From Mobula hypostoma (taxonomy: Eukaryota), in NCBI RefSeq assembly GCF_963921235.1, contig NC_086109.1:27034001-27098000 (forward strand): DNA of 64,000 nt. The letters are read 5' to 3'. Below are positions 12,593 through 25,635 of the stretch, one piece after another. Each line of letters opens with the position of its first letter. Within the stretch, counting starts at the first letter, position 1. A program made the translations under genes and the position numbers. Under the pieces are notes generated by a model. The model did not search any database. It was not told the origin of the DNA and worked only from the letters and a program-made list of their open reading frames with translations.

Positions 12593-13739
12593 CATAGTAA
12601 AATCTCCAACAGTGGACTAACACTAAAGATCGCCAATTACATTAATTGCTCCGTTTGTATTTTCTTCGTGCTCAGGTCAAATCAAATTTCACCTGTAAAT
12701 GGAGAAATGAACAGTAAGTAACGGATGGCAGACATTATCTGTATGGTCAGATTGCAGGAAAGTCCTAAAGTCAAGAAGGAGCTTCCTCTGAACCAAACAT
12801 AAACCAGCCCAAGTATCCAGGTAATTTATAAGACCATCTGCCTGTTAACAGTGGTGAACCTGCAAATATGGTGACCAAAAGAACCTTAAGCTACAGTGCT
12901 TTATGCCACTATTCATTGTGATATTCTCCCAAAAGATTTGTCAGTATATAATATGCATGCATGTATATGTCCCTGATTTCCTGGTGATGGTTTAGAATGT
13001 CTCAGCATTTTTTTTTTACCACAGACACAGATAAGCAACCAAGATATATAGTATGACCAGATATTCTACAATATCTTTGACTTTAAATGTGGCATAAAGA
13101 GCTGACTTTTCTTGATGGCATTGATAAATTGATGAGAATGAGCTGTAAACTGCAAATCTTCCTTGGAGGTAAATAGACTCATTTTTTTCCAATTCCACAG
13201 ATTGGAATGTAGGGATGGAAGATCCTGACAGAACTGGGGAAGTGGGAAGCTGAACATCAAGGCAGTCACTTACTTGCTGAGATTCCAAAATAACCTGGGA
13301 AGATCAAATTGTGCTGAAACATATCTTTCTGTCAAATCAATCTGACTTAAGGAGATATAGCACTCTTTCAAAGAATAATTACTTTGAAAATAAAAATGTG
13401 TTTTCTTCATTTAAAATTGACTACTTAAAATGGGCATGTGTTGAGAGTTTGCTAGATGACCCATTTACAATGCACAATAGATTCTAGAGATACAAATATG
13501 AACTCTCTGGCATTAAATCTGCTTCTGGTAAATATCTCATCATTTGATTTAACTTTGAGTTTCCATTGCAAAACTTGCTTTATTTTGGAGCCTCTAGACT
13601 TCCCAATTTTATGTGACAATTTTATGAGCAAGATCTAATTTTCAAATAAATTCCAATTTAATTTTATAGTAGCACATCGTTCTGTTAAATTATTATGGTG
13701 ATGTGCTTTATAAAGTAAATAGAATTTATCTTTTGGAGG

Positions 13740-14062
13740 CACAGGAGACTGCAGATGCTGGAACCTGGAACAAAAAAAAAATGAGCTGCCTAAGGAACTC
13801 AGCAGGTCAAGCAGCATATGTGGTGGGAATTGGTCTGTTGATGTTTTTGTGTTGAGACACTTCAACTGAACTGAAAAAGTAGAAGGGAGATAGCCAATAT
13901 ACTGTATATAGGTGAGGAGGAGGGGTGGGGCAAGAACTGGCAAGGATCCTGGTGAAGAGAGACTCACTGGAAGAGGGAGACAGATGGAAGGGTAGAAATA
14001 GTGACAGGCTGGGAGATGATAAATGGAGGTAATAAAGGGCTGCAAATGATGGAATCTGAGAG
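13740..14062 (-). mobile_element. Penelope pLTR fragment
   Basis: CTGCAGATGCTGG...GGAACTCAGCAGGTCAAGCAGCAT followed by a purine-rich tract, as in 7026-7290. Confidence 0.7.
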
Positions 14063-15449
14063 GAATTTTTATCAGTTCAGAGATCTAAAGATTAGATGGG
14101 TAAATTGAGAAAAATGTATCTTTAATTAACTCATTAATAAATCTAAAAGAGCTGATGAGTACATTTGTCACTTATCTATATTTTGGCTAAAATAAACTTT
14201 TCTAGCTGGTCAGCTACATCAATTTTTAGAGCATTCAATGCTGTGTAGAAAGACAATATTGAGCTCTAGATTGGCCTTGAGACTACATTCCAATTATTTG
14301 CCTACTCTGCAGTACTAAAGGCATATTCACAATGAGTCTATTTAGGAGTATCAATGGATGATCAATGGAAGGGAAAACCTTAATCAGATGGTGTGGTTTG
14401 ATTGGCAGGCCTATTAATTAAAGTTATCTGTATGATTGTGTTCTCTTTATAAAACTGAAAATGGTTTTAATGTGTCTTACAGACAAAATCTCTTTGTCTT
14501 TCTCGTAAAAGTAAGTCCAGGAAATCACTCAGACCCGTTTTAAGTGCAGAATTTCCCGTGAAGCAGATGGCATCACATCTGTCATACTGCTGTTTCATTA
14601 GACTCTATGTGGAGTTTAACAGTAGAGTGGGTGTTACTAGAATTCCTCATGATCCTACACCAGATCAGAGTTTGCATAAAGCTAGAGACTCCTTTCAGTT
14701 CAATGGTTATCAGAGAACCAGTCGTAGAGAATGGAAACAGGCCATTCAGCCCAGCATATCCATGCTGTCTGGTTAGCTATCATCTGTATTAATCCCACTG
14801 TATGACTCTTGTTCCACAGTGTTCTATGCCTGAGAGATTCAAGTGCTCATTTGTTTTTTAAATAAGTACGTGTATCATTTTACTATGGTGTGGGAGGCAA
14901 ACCTATTTCATAATTTTCATAGTTTGCATAATTCTATGTGCTCTGAAATATTGTTATTTATTTTTCCAGGAAACATTCAACCCATGTTTCCTTCTGGATT
15001 ATCTTTCAATGTTTTTGCCTCATTTATTCACAATGTAAAGCCACACATTGTCAACAGAAATAGTTCAGCTTTATCTGTAACCCCCTTATGTTCAATAACC
15101 TGGTCATTATGACAAAACAATAGTGCTGGGTGATTGTAATTACTTCTGGATTTACAATCTGGACAATCACTTTGATTGTTAATTATACTTCATGAATAAC
15201 ACATTCTTGTATCAGATATGCACCTAGTTCTGATATTTCCCCATACAAAGCTCAGTTAGATCTTTGTTGTAGAAAGTCCCGTAGACTTTCCAATGCACCT
15301 GTTATTGGGCACTGACAGGACAGCCATGCTGAGGCTTGACTGAGTCATTCTTGGCCAGCAGTAAACAGACTCAGGTAGGTCCATTTTATCTCCAGGGAAC
15401 CTAATATCCTCATCTTCATTTCCCACCTGAACAATTCCTCTCCTGATCC

Positions 15450-17130
15450 TGCAACCAGCCCAGACAGGGTACCTGGCCAACTACTAAAAATCTGTGCTGG
15501 TCAACTGGATGGAGTGTTCACTGAGATATTTAACCTCTTGCTTCGGCAGTCTGAGGTACCATCAGCTTCAAGCAGGCTTCAATTATACTAGTACCTAAGA
15601 AGAGCGTGGTAGCCTGCCTTAATGGCTATTGTCCAGTAGCACTTACATTCACAGTGATGAAATGCTTTGAGAAGTTGATGATGCAACATATCAACTCCTG
15701 CCTGAGAAGTGACTTGGATCCAGTCCAATTTGCATACCATACCGGAGCAACAGGTCCACAGCTAGAAACCATCTCTGGTTCTTTCCTCAACGCTGGAATA
15801 TCTGAACAACAAAGCCGCATATATCAGGATGCTCTTTATTGAGTACAGCTCAGCATTCAATACCATTACCTCTCAAAACTAAGCAATACGTTTCAAGACC
15901 TTGGCCTTAATACTTCCTTGTGTAATTGGCTCCTCAACTCCCTTGCAGGCCCCAGTCAGTTTGGATTGGCAACAACATCTCCTACATGATCTCCATCAGC
16001 ACAGGTGCACCACAAGACTGTGTGCTTAGACCCCTGCTCTACTCGCTTTACAGTTATGGTTGTCTGGCTAAGCACAGCTCCAATGCCACGTTCAAGTTTG
16101 CTGACAACTCCGCTGTCATAGGATGAATCGAAAGCGGTGACGCATAAAGGTGGTGATGAATCATAAAAGCAAAATCATATACTGTAGGAGGGAGATTGAA
16201 AATCTGGCACAAAGTGGTGTCATAACAACAACCTCTCACTCAATGTCAGCAAGACCAAGGAACTGATTATTATCTTCAGGAGGAGGAAGCCAGAAGGCCA
16301 TGAGCCAGTCTTCATCAGAGGATTAGTTTGGAATGGGTCAGCAACTTTGGAATGGGTCAGCAAAATTCCTCGGTGTTATTATTTTTGAGGACCTGTCCTG
16401 GGCTCCGCATGTAAGTGCAGTTACAAAGAACGCACAGCAGCACCTCTGCTTCCTGAGGAGTTCGCAAGGATCTGCTTGACATCTAAAATTTCTATAGATG
16501 TGTAATGGAGATTATATTGACTAGCTCTCTCATAGCCTGTTTTGGAAACAGCAATGCTCTTGAACAGAAAATCCCACAAAAATAGTGAACTTGGCCATCA
16601 TGGTTAAAGCCCTCCCCACCATTGAGCACATCTGCATGAAGGATTGTCGCTGGAAAGCAGCATCTATCATCAGGGACCCCCACCACCCAGGATATGATCT
16701 GTTCTAGTTATTGCCATCAGGAAGAAGGTGCAGAAGCCTCAAGACTCACACCACCAGGTTCAGGAACAGTTACTACCCAACCATCAGGCTCTTGAACCAA
16801 AGGGGATAACTTCATTCAAGGTCACTTGCCCATCATTGAAATGTTCCCATATTCTATGAACTTACTTTCAGGGTCTCTTCATCTCTTTCTTGATATTTAA
16901 TGTTTATTTAATTATTACTATTATTTCTTTCTTTTTGCAATTGCACAGCTTATTGACTTTCGCACACTATTTGAACAGCAAAGTTGATGCAGTCTTTTAT
17001 TGATTCTATTATGGCTATTATTCTGTTATGGATTTATTGAGTGTGCCTGCAGGAAAACGAATCTCAGAATTGAGGATGGTGACATATACGTTCTTTGATA
17101 ATAAATTTATTTTGAACATTGAACTTCAAA
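15450..17130 (+). pseudogene. Degenerate Rex1/Babar LINE ORF2 (RT) with 3' UTR
   Basis: Fragments YCPVALTFTVMKCFEKL, LDPVQFAY, STGAPQDCVLRPLLYSLY, FKFADNSAVIG; many frameshifts; AATAAATTTATTTTGAAC tail. Confidence 0.9.
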
Positions 17131-17576
17131 GACAAAACCCTCTATCAAAAATAATTTCTATACAGCTACTAAGACATAATGAAGTGTTAAAACGACAGTT
17201 AATCTGCAACCCGGAGCATGATTCAATATGCTTTTATCTTTTATTCTGTATCTTCGTTACTGTTTGTCCTAGTTCTGCTTCAACAAGATCTTATCTTTGG
17301 GAATCTCTCAGAACATCATTTTCATCCTTAACTGTAGCAACCAGATTTAGGCACACAACAGATTGTTAAGGCTGTCTATCGTTTTTATTGGTTAATCTGA
17401 ATCCCCACTACTATTTAAACTGTTGCACTGCCTTCTATGTCTGAGAGATTCTGGTCCTCACTTAATTCTATCAAATGGAATAGTTCATTGTACATAACCA
17501 TACTTCACACCTCTGCTCCAAATGGAGATCAAGGTTGAACCTTCACTTATCACTTGGTAACATGTCACATTTTGCA

Positions 17577-18090
17577 ACAATCTGTTGGAAGAATTCAGCA
17601 GGTTGAGCAGCATCTGTGGAAGGAAAGGAATTGATGATTTGGGTCAAAACCCTATATCAGGACTGTTCTTCCAATGTAAGCACAAGACATTCTGCAGAGG
17701 CTGGAAATCTTGACCAATACACAAGAAAATGCTGGAGGGACTCAACAAGTCAGGCAGTGTCTGTGGAGAGGAATAAACAGTCAATTTTTAGAGCCAAGAC
17801 CCTTGATCAGGACTAGAAAGGAAGGGGAGAAGAAGCCAAAATAAGAAGGTGGGGAAAGGGGAAGAATTACAAGCTGGCAGGTAACAGGTGAGACCAAGGT
17901 GGGGAAGAGAGATGAGGTAAGAAGCTGGGGGGTATAGGTGGAAGAGCTAAACAGATGAAGAAGGAATCTGATCAGAGAGGACAGTGGACAATGGAAAAAA
18001 GGGAAGGAGGAGGGACAATAAAGGGAGATAGGTCCTCTGTGAGATTGCTTGTCACTCCAGACAAAAGCATCTGCATCCTCTTGTCTCTAG
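17577..18090. mobile_element. Cluster of Penelope pLTR fragments
   Basis: Two pLTR ends (TTCTGCAGAGGCTGGAAATC; GACCCTTGATCAGGACT) and a purine-rich tract. Confidence 0.7.
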
Positions 18091-18486
18091 GATGACTTAT
18101 TCTTGACCCAGGTTTTACTGAATGGGGCAGCTGCTCTCACTCTGCTCACATTCCCTATTCTCCTGAAGTGACAACAGGACCCCAAGAAATATAATCAACT
18201 GAGGTGGGCAATTGAGCAGAAGCACTGGCTACAAACCTCTTCTGAAACCTTTGACAAAGGGCAGAGTCTCACCACCGGCTTAGCTGTTAAAAGGCCAATT
18301 GCCTGAGCTACCAGATGAATAGGAGATAATGCCTTGCAAGTTCTCTCATTGTTTCTGAATGTTCCAGACATTTAACATGATTAATTAAAAGATTTTAAAT
18401 TATTAATCATTTACAAAACATTAAAGAAAATTAACAAAAAGCACTCATAAATAGAAGAATTGGAGAACATTTTTTAAAAGATTATG

Positions 18487-18735
18487 GATGATTGTGGCTA
18501 GATGGATCATATTGGCCAGGACATCAAGAGTAACGCCTCTCCCATCTGCCATTTGGTGCTGTGGGATGTTTTATATTCAATTCACTGAGCAGATAGGGCC
18601 TCAGCTCCATTCCTCATTTAAATCTCAGCAGTGCACTGTTCCTTCAGTACTGTACTGGCATACCGGCCCAAACCTCTAGTGTGACATATACAAAAGCATT
18701 TTGACTCAGGGAAGAGTGATACCAACTGAGTTACA
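18487..18735 (-). mobile_element. Ancient Deu-domain SINE (SacSINE1/AmnSINE1-like)
   Basis: Minus strand CAGTACAGTACTGAAGGAACAGTGCACTG...GAGGCCCTATCTGC...ATCCCACAGCAC...TGTCCTGGCCAAT resembles the Deu core as recalled. Confidence 0.65.
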
Positions 18736-19087
18736 GAATGAGAATGAAATTATTAAAATGCCCATGCATCCACAGATTTATTTTCAAATGAATCAAAATC
18801 ATACAGTGAAAAGTAGTTCCCTTGCCCCGAAGCTGTGAGGTTCCCATTAGAAACCTGCCCATTTAGCCTACATGTTCGTAATGCCTTGCAAATCAGCAAA
18901 CTCATGTTTCTTTTCTCGAAGTAACATACTAGAAAATGGTCAACAGCAGTAAGTGAACTGTAATCTGATCAAAGCTCAAAGTTAATTTGTTATCAAAGCA
19001 CATTTATGTCACATCTGAGTACCAACGTCTCAGTGGACCTAACGTATTGATACAATTATAAAGAAGCCACACCAGTGGCTTACTTAA

Positions 19088-19861
19088 CACTGGACAACAA
19101 AGTTTTTGCTTCCTGAATACTTTTCTGTGTATCTGATTAACTTTCAGCTGTTAATCATAAAGTCACCACGAAATTTCCCTGTCACACATAATTTTTTTTG
19201 GAATTGTCTATATTTTCTATTTCAATTCATAATTCAAGTCAGAATAACTGAAGCCAAGATTAAGGAGGGCATTTTTGTTGGTCCACAAATCAAACAGGTC
19301 ATCACCAACAGTCAGTTCAAAAAACTTCGAGTGGGACCGAAAAAAATTGCATGGAAGGCATTCAAGGATGTTGTTGAAAATTTTCTTGGCAACTACAGAG
19401 CACCAAACTACATGCAGCTGGTAGACAACATGCTTCAAGCATACAAAACCATGAAGTGCAACATGTCACTAAAGATTCATTTTCTGCATTCCCACTTAGA
19501 CTCCTTCCCTGCAAATCTTGGTGCTGTCAGTGACAAGCATGGTGAAAGGTTTCACTAGGACATTGCAGTCATGGAGAATTGGTATCAGGGCAGATAGAGT
19601 CCTTCAAAGCTGGCTTGATTATTGTTGGACCCTTAAGAGAGAAACCTCAGGCACGGAATGCAAATGGAAATTATCAACATATCATCAACAGACATCAACA
19701 CCATTATGCAATTAAACATATTATATTCAATAAAAGTTAATTTGTTGTTTCTCCAAATTCCTACATGATAGAAATAGTCTTGTTCAACTTCAAGTGGTCC
19801 ATCATGAACAAAACAAAAATTCTGAGGAATCAACACTTTTGAAAAAGTTTGTCATTCAGTG
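19088..19861 (+). mobile_element. Chapaev3-type DNA transposon, internal-deletion derivative with transposase C-terminus
   Basis: TIRs CACTGGACAACAAAGTTTTT / CACTGAATGACAAACTTTTT, TAA TSD; ORF EAKIKEGIFVGPQI...FLGNYRAPNY...MSLKIHFLHSHLDSFPANLGAVSDKHGERFH. Confidence 0.8.
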
Positions 19862-19959
19862 TAATACATGTTCGAGCAATTTTGGTATTTTATCAAAATT
19901 TCCACATATGCATCACCACCTGGTATGGAAGCTTCAATACACTGGATCAGTAGATGCAT

Positions 19960-20480
19960 CAGTTCAAATTTCAACGTTCTTTGTAGATATATTACCAATG
20001 TACTGTACATATATTGCACTATATACTACCTGGAGATTCATTTTCTTGCAGTCATTCACAGTAGAACAAAGAAATACAGTAGAATCAATTCATTCTACAT
20101 TCAAAGACTGACAAGCAACTTGTGTGCAGAAGGCAAACTGTGCAAATACAAAAGAAAACAAATAATTAAATAAGTAAATAAATAAAAATGACAACATGAG
20201 TTGTAAAGTCATTGAAACAGAGTCTATGGGTTGTCTTCAGTGATCAGTTCAGTGTTGAGGTGACTGAAATTATCCACTCTGGTTCAGGTGCCTGAGGGGA
20301 GAAGAGTAATCACTGTTCTAAGACTAGGTGGTGTGGGACCCAACACCCCTGTACCTCCTTCCCGATGGCTGCAGCAAGAAGAAAGCAAGGTCTGGATAGT
20401 GCAGAGCTTTGATGATGGATGCTGCTTTCTTGTGCCAGTGTTCCTTGCAGATGGGGAGGGCTTTTTCTGTGATGGACAAA
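19960..20480 (-). mobile_element. Rex1-type LINE 3' fragment
   Basis: Antisense match to the 16600-17130 3' region. Confidence 0.7.
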
Positions 20481-21478
20481 ATAGTGTCATTAAAATAATG
20501 GTAGCATATTTAAATACTGAGCCCTAATTACAGCTCTGAATCCAAGCTTCAGAACAGTGGGTAATTGAGTGATGTGCTCACTTTGCCAAGGACAAAGTAC
20601 TTAAATGTTGCATGAAATAAATGGAATGTTAAAATCAATTCAGTTCAATTAATTCCACTATGAATGATTAAAAACAGCATAAAAAGAGTGAAGATGAAAA
20701 TAAAACTTCAATCCCTACAGAAGGATGAGCTAGGTATTTTGTTCTTACCGCTCCGGAATTTGAAGCATGGTACACCATGTTGCTGGGGGCCTCAGTACCT
20801 TTCTCCTTGTACCTCACACCCTTGCCCTGTAAAGCCCATCGAAACGATTCCAAAGATAGTGCTACATGAGAAATGAATGTGTAGAGAGACTTTTCTCACA
20901 CTTATCTGAAGAATGTCAGTTCTTATTTACTCAGAGAATTAGGTTTTACTGAAGCCCTTTTTCCAGCAATTGTTTTTTAAAGGGCCAACATTCAAGCTCC
21001 ATTTTTTGTCCTTAGTGAGACGTACAACTTGCTGTGATCTAAAAGACACTGTGTTTTGACTGTTTTGCAGCGGGTTCTGATTTATGGTCAGTCACAGCTT
21101 TCTATCCTCAGGAGCATTCCAGAGTGGTGCCCCTGATTACAAACACGTCACAGTTTCTTCTCACTGCTGCATTAGGTAGGCCACTCAAGCTCCATTCTGA
21201 GGGAGAGGAGATTTTATTCAATTTTTCTTCAGCCTATAGGAATGGGGGGGTTGCATTGCAAGCTACTCCAAAGTGCCGGCATACATGGACTCACCTCACA
21301 GATCTTCCCAGCAACTTCCTGTCGGAAGCTATGTACACAGAAAGAACATGCCTCCAAAGAGCACTTTGCCATTAACATGCTCAGGTCTCTGACCTGCTAC
21401 AAGCATTCTCCCACTGTAAACCTTCCTGTTCATCATGTGAATTTCACACACACAGTGTTGGGTTGATGAACAAAACTA

Positions 21479-22256
21479 CACTCAGTGGCCACTTCATTAG
21501 GTGTCTCCTGTACCTAACAAAGTGGCCACTGAGTGTGTGTTTGTGATCTTCTGCTGCTGTAGCCCAGCCATTTCAAGGTTCGATGTGTTGTGCATTCAAA
21601 GATGCTCTTCTGCACACCACTGATGTAATGTATTGTTACTTGGCAGATGTAATGCATGGTTATTTGAGTTCCTGTCAGCTGAAACCAGTCTGATATTCTT
21701 CTCTGACTTCAAGTTCAAAGTAAATTTAGTATCTAAGTACATATATCTCCTAAGATTCATTTTCTTACAGGCATACACAGTAAATCCAAGAAACAGAATA
21801 GAATCAATGAAAGACAGGACGGACAAATGACCGAAGTACAAAGAGCAACAAACTGTGCAACACCAAAAGAAAGAAAGGAAGAAAGAAGAATAATAAAAAA
21901 ATAAACAAACTATAAATATTGAGAACATGATATACTTCTCTCATTAACAAGATATTTTTGCCCTGGATGTTTTTTCATTTTCACATTATTCTCTGTAAAC
22001 TCTGGAGACTGTTGTACATGGAAATCCCAGGAGATCACCAGTTTCTGAAATACTCAAACCACCCTGTCTGGCACCAACATTCATTCTATAGTCAAAATTT
22101 CTTCCCCATTTTGACATTTGGACTGAACAGCAACTGAACCTCTTGACCATGTCTGCATGCTTTTATGCATTGAGCTGCTGCCACATGATTGGCTGATTAG
22201 ATATTTGAATTAGTGAGTAGGTGTACAGGTATACCTAATAAAATGGTCACTGAGTG
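21479..22256 (-). mobile_element. Non-autonomous Tc1/mariner element with a Rex1-tail insertion (21711-21933)
   Basis: TA-flanked TIRs CACTCAGTGGCCACTT...; remnant of the Tc1 HTH region; insert flanked by ACTTC; further copies at 29.2-29.8 kb and 58.9-59.1 kb. Confidence 0.85.
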
Positions 22257-22529
22257 TATTTTACCACTAAAATTAAAGGTTGAACCATTTCTTGTCCCAT
22301 GATTAGTTCCATATCTGGCTATGGACAAGTAGCAGGGATGTTTAACTACAAGCAGTAAACTGCAGTTAATGTTGTAGATTTTCTTAAGTTCTGGAATTGG
22401 TTTATACACAAGGAATAGTTGCAGTTGAAAAATACTGATAAAATAATAATCAAAAACTTAGAGCCTAGCACTCAAAACTTAAACCCATCTGAGTAACATA
22501 CTTCATTTAGTAGCCCAGTATCACTGATC

Positions 22530-23845
22530 AGAAGACCATAAGATGTAGGAGCAGCATTAGGCCTCTAGAGCTATTGAGTCTCCTCTGCCAATCCATCATG
22601 TCTGATTTATTATCCCTCTCAATCCTATTCTCCTGTCTTCTCCCTGTAATCTTGATGCTCTGACTAACCAAGAACCTATCAACCTCTGCTTTAAATATAA
22701 TCAATGACTTGGTTTCCTCAGCTATCCATAGCAATAAACTCCACAAATTCACCACCCACTGGCTAAAGAAGTTCCTTCTCATCTCTATTCTAAATGAACA
22801 TCCCTCTATTCTGAGGTTATGCCCTCTGATCCCAATGTCCCCAGCAACAGGAAATATCCTCTGCACATGCAACCTGTCTAGGCCCTTTAATATTGGGTGG
22901 GTTTCAATGAGATCTCCCCCCACCCCATTCTTCTAAACTCCAGCGAGTACGGGCCCAGAGCCATCAAACAATCCTCATACATTATCCCTTCCATTCCCAG
23001 AATCATTCTCATGAACTATCTCTGGACACTCTCCATTGCCAGCACATCCTTCCTTAGATAAGGGGCCCAACACTGTTCACAATAATCCAAGTGTGGTCTG
23101 ACCAATGCCTTTTAAAGCCTCAGCATCACATCCTTTTCTTCTATTCTATTCCCCTTGAAATGAATGCTAACATTGCACTTGACTTCCTTACCACTGACTC
23201 AACCTGCAAGTTAACCTTTAGGTAGTCCTCCACAAGGACTCCCAAGTACCTTTGCACCTCTGATTTTTTTAAACTTTCTCACCATTTAGAAAATAGTCTA
23301 CACTTTTATTCCTTCTTCCAAAGTGCATGACAATACCCTTCCCTGCACTATATTCCATCTGCCACTTCTTTGCCCTGTCCAAGTCCTTCTGCAGACTCCT
23401 TGCTTCTTCAACACTACTTGCCTCTCCACCAACCTTTGTGTCATCTGCAAACTTGGCCACAAAGCCATCAATTCCATCACTCAAATTGTTGACATATAAC
23501 ATGAAAAGAAGCGGTCCTAATACCGACCCCTTCCAAATACTGACAACCAACCAGAATAAGTCCCCTTTATTCCAACTCTTAGCCTCTTGACAATCAGCTA
23601 ATCTTCAATCCATGCTGGCATCTTTCCTGTAATACCATTGGCTCTTATCCTGTTAAACAGCCTCATATACAACATCTTATAAAAGGCCTTCTGAAAATCT
23701 AAATAAGCAAAATCCACTGACTCTCCTTTGTCTACCCCATCTGTTATTTCCTCAATAATTCCAACAGATTTGTCAGGTAAGATTTTTCCTTAAGGAAACC
23801 ATGCTGACTTTGGCCTATTTTATCATGTGCCTCCAAGTAACCTTC
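22530..23845 (-). pseudogene. CR1 LINE ORF2 3' part (RT), degenerate
   Basis: GSVLGPLLFMLYVNNL...AKFADDTKVGG, GHNLRIEG...RRNFFSQWVVNLW; CTTATGGT tail. Confidence 0.92.
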
Positions 23846-24611
23846 TGGTCAAGAGAGCGCCTGCATACAATGCTCCTTCGGTCGACATCTTCTGGATAGA
23901 TCATGAAACCATATATTTCACTTCTTTTATGTCTTTTACACTTGTTTTTCATCTTGAATGTGATTCCAGAACTGTTGGAGCTTATGATTTGCAGTTTAGA
24001 GTTTGTTTCTGTGTTTCAGCTCTCTGCAGTTTCTGAGATGATTTCAGGAGGCAGTGTGTGGGAACTTCATAGTGAGCAGGCTGCAGGGCGCGAGCTAATG
24101 TTTGACTCCATTTCACCAATTAAAATTTCCATTGTTCGCCAATTAAAGCAACGAGGGAGTTTGAAACATCAAGGCCAATGTGGAAGGTGAGCGTCAAAAG
24201 GTGGGATTGCTCTGCTACCAGAGAGGGGAGACTGCCTTTTGATCGCCGGTGGGATTCTCTGCTACCAGAGAGGGGAGACTACATTTTATTCGGGGCGGGG
24301 GGGGGGGGGGAGGATAGCTCTGCCAACGGAGGGAGAGAAGCTACTGCCGTGCCCGAAGAATGTTACCCAGGTTTTCTGCATTTTGGATATGGACTTCGAC
24401 TATAGACTTTTTTCAGTCTTATAATTTTTTATATTCTGTGTTTATCACCTGAACTTTCTCAGTTTTTTTGTGTGATTAGAAGGGGGATTTGTGGCTTGAT
24501 GTGCCTGTTCCATTTTTCTTCTTTTTTTGTGTGGGCAGGAGAGATTTGTGGGCTGATGATTGTGCTGCCATTCTTTTATTTGTTAGTTTTGTGGCTTTCT
24601 GGACAAGAAGA
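23846..24611 (+). mobile_element. Non-autonomous retroposon inserted into CR1
   Basis: Non-CR1 block separating two collinear CR1 pieces; 5' GACATCTTCTGGATAG resembles the 8736-9512 family. Confidence 0.55.
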
Positions 24612-25430
24612 ATTATCTATCTTCAGACCTTTCAGCTTCCCAAGCACATTCTCCTTAGTAATACAGTAGCAACCACACTCACTTCTGCTCCCTCATACGC
24701 TTGGATTTCTGGCATACTGCATGTGCATTCTACAGTGAAGATGGATACAAAATACTTAAGATGTTTAAATGCTATTTCTTTGTCCACAATTACAACCACT
24801 CCAGCATTATTTTCCAGCAGCCCAGTATCCACCCTCACCTCTCTTTCACTCTTTATATGTCTGAAAAAAATACTTTTGGCATCCTCTTTGATATTTTTGG
24901 CTAAGTTACCATCATGTTTCATCTTTTCTCTCCTTGTGGTTATTTTAGTTGTCTTCTGTTGGTTTTTTAAATCTTCCCAATCCTCCAACTTCCCACTAAC
25001 TTTTGCTGTATTATATGCCCTTTCCTTTGCTTTTATTCTGCCTTTGACTTCCCTTGCCTCCCATGGTTGCCTCATCCTCCCTTTAGAATACTCCACATCT
25101 TTACAATGTACAATATCTATCCTGCACCTTCTGAATTGTCGCAGAAACTCCAGCCCTTGCTGTTTTGCCATCCTCCCTACTGGTGTCCGCTTCTAATCAA
25201 CTTTGGCCAGCTCCTCTCCCATGCCTCTGTAATTCTCCAGCTCTGCTGTGATACTGATACACCTGGCTTTATCTTCGCCCTCTCAAACTAAGGGTGAATT
25301 CTATCATCCAATGATTATTGTCTTACAAAGGTTCCTTTACCTTAAGCTCCCTGATCAAATCTGTTTCATTGCACAACACCCTATCCAGAATTGTTTTCCC
25401 CGAGTAAGCTCAACCACAAGCTGTTCTAAA
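24612..25430 (-). pseudogene. CR1 LINE ORF2 upstream part (EN-RT linker)
   Basis: Minus ORF 24632-25171 KAKERAYNTAKVSGKLEDWE...NLAKNIKEDAKSIFFRHIKSER, homologous to 62000-62400. Confidence 0.88.
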
Positions 25431-25635
25431 AAAAAAGAGAGAGAAATTTATATCCCACATCCTAGCTACTATTTTTTGACTTAGTGGTCAATTCGCATTA
25501 CTTGGAAACAGTACATTTTTCTTGGGGATCCCGCTCAGCCCCTATAATTGTGGGTATTACTGAAACTAAGCACAAGTCTTGTCCGTCTCAACTCAATTCT
25601 GTCACTCACCCTGATGGTGTTTTCAAATATATCTG

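Noticed and set aside
1748..15038. Loose resemblance of the spliced peptide to four-helix cytokines such as IL-7/IL-15
   Set aside because: Similarity is impressionistic, and the phase-1 and phase-2 introns conflict with the phase-0 pattern of those genes
24489..25196. 235-aa hydrophobic + strand ORF
   Set aside because: Antisense shadow of CR1 ORF2
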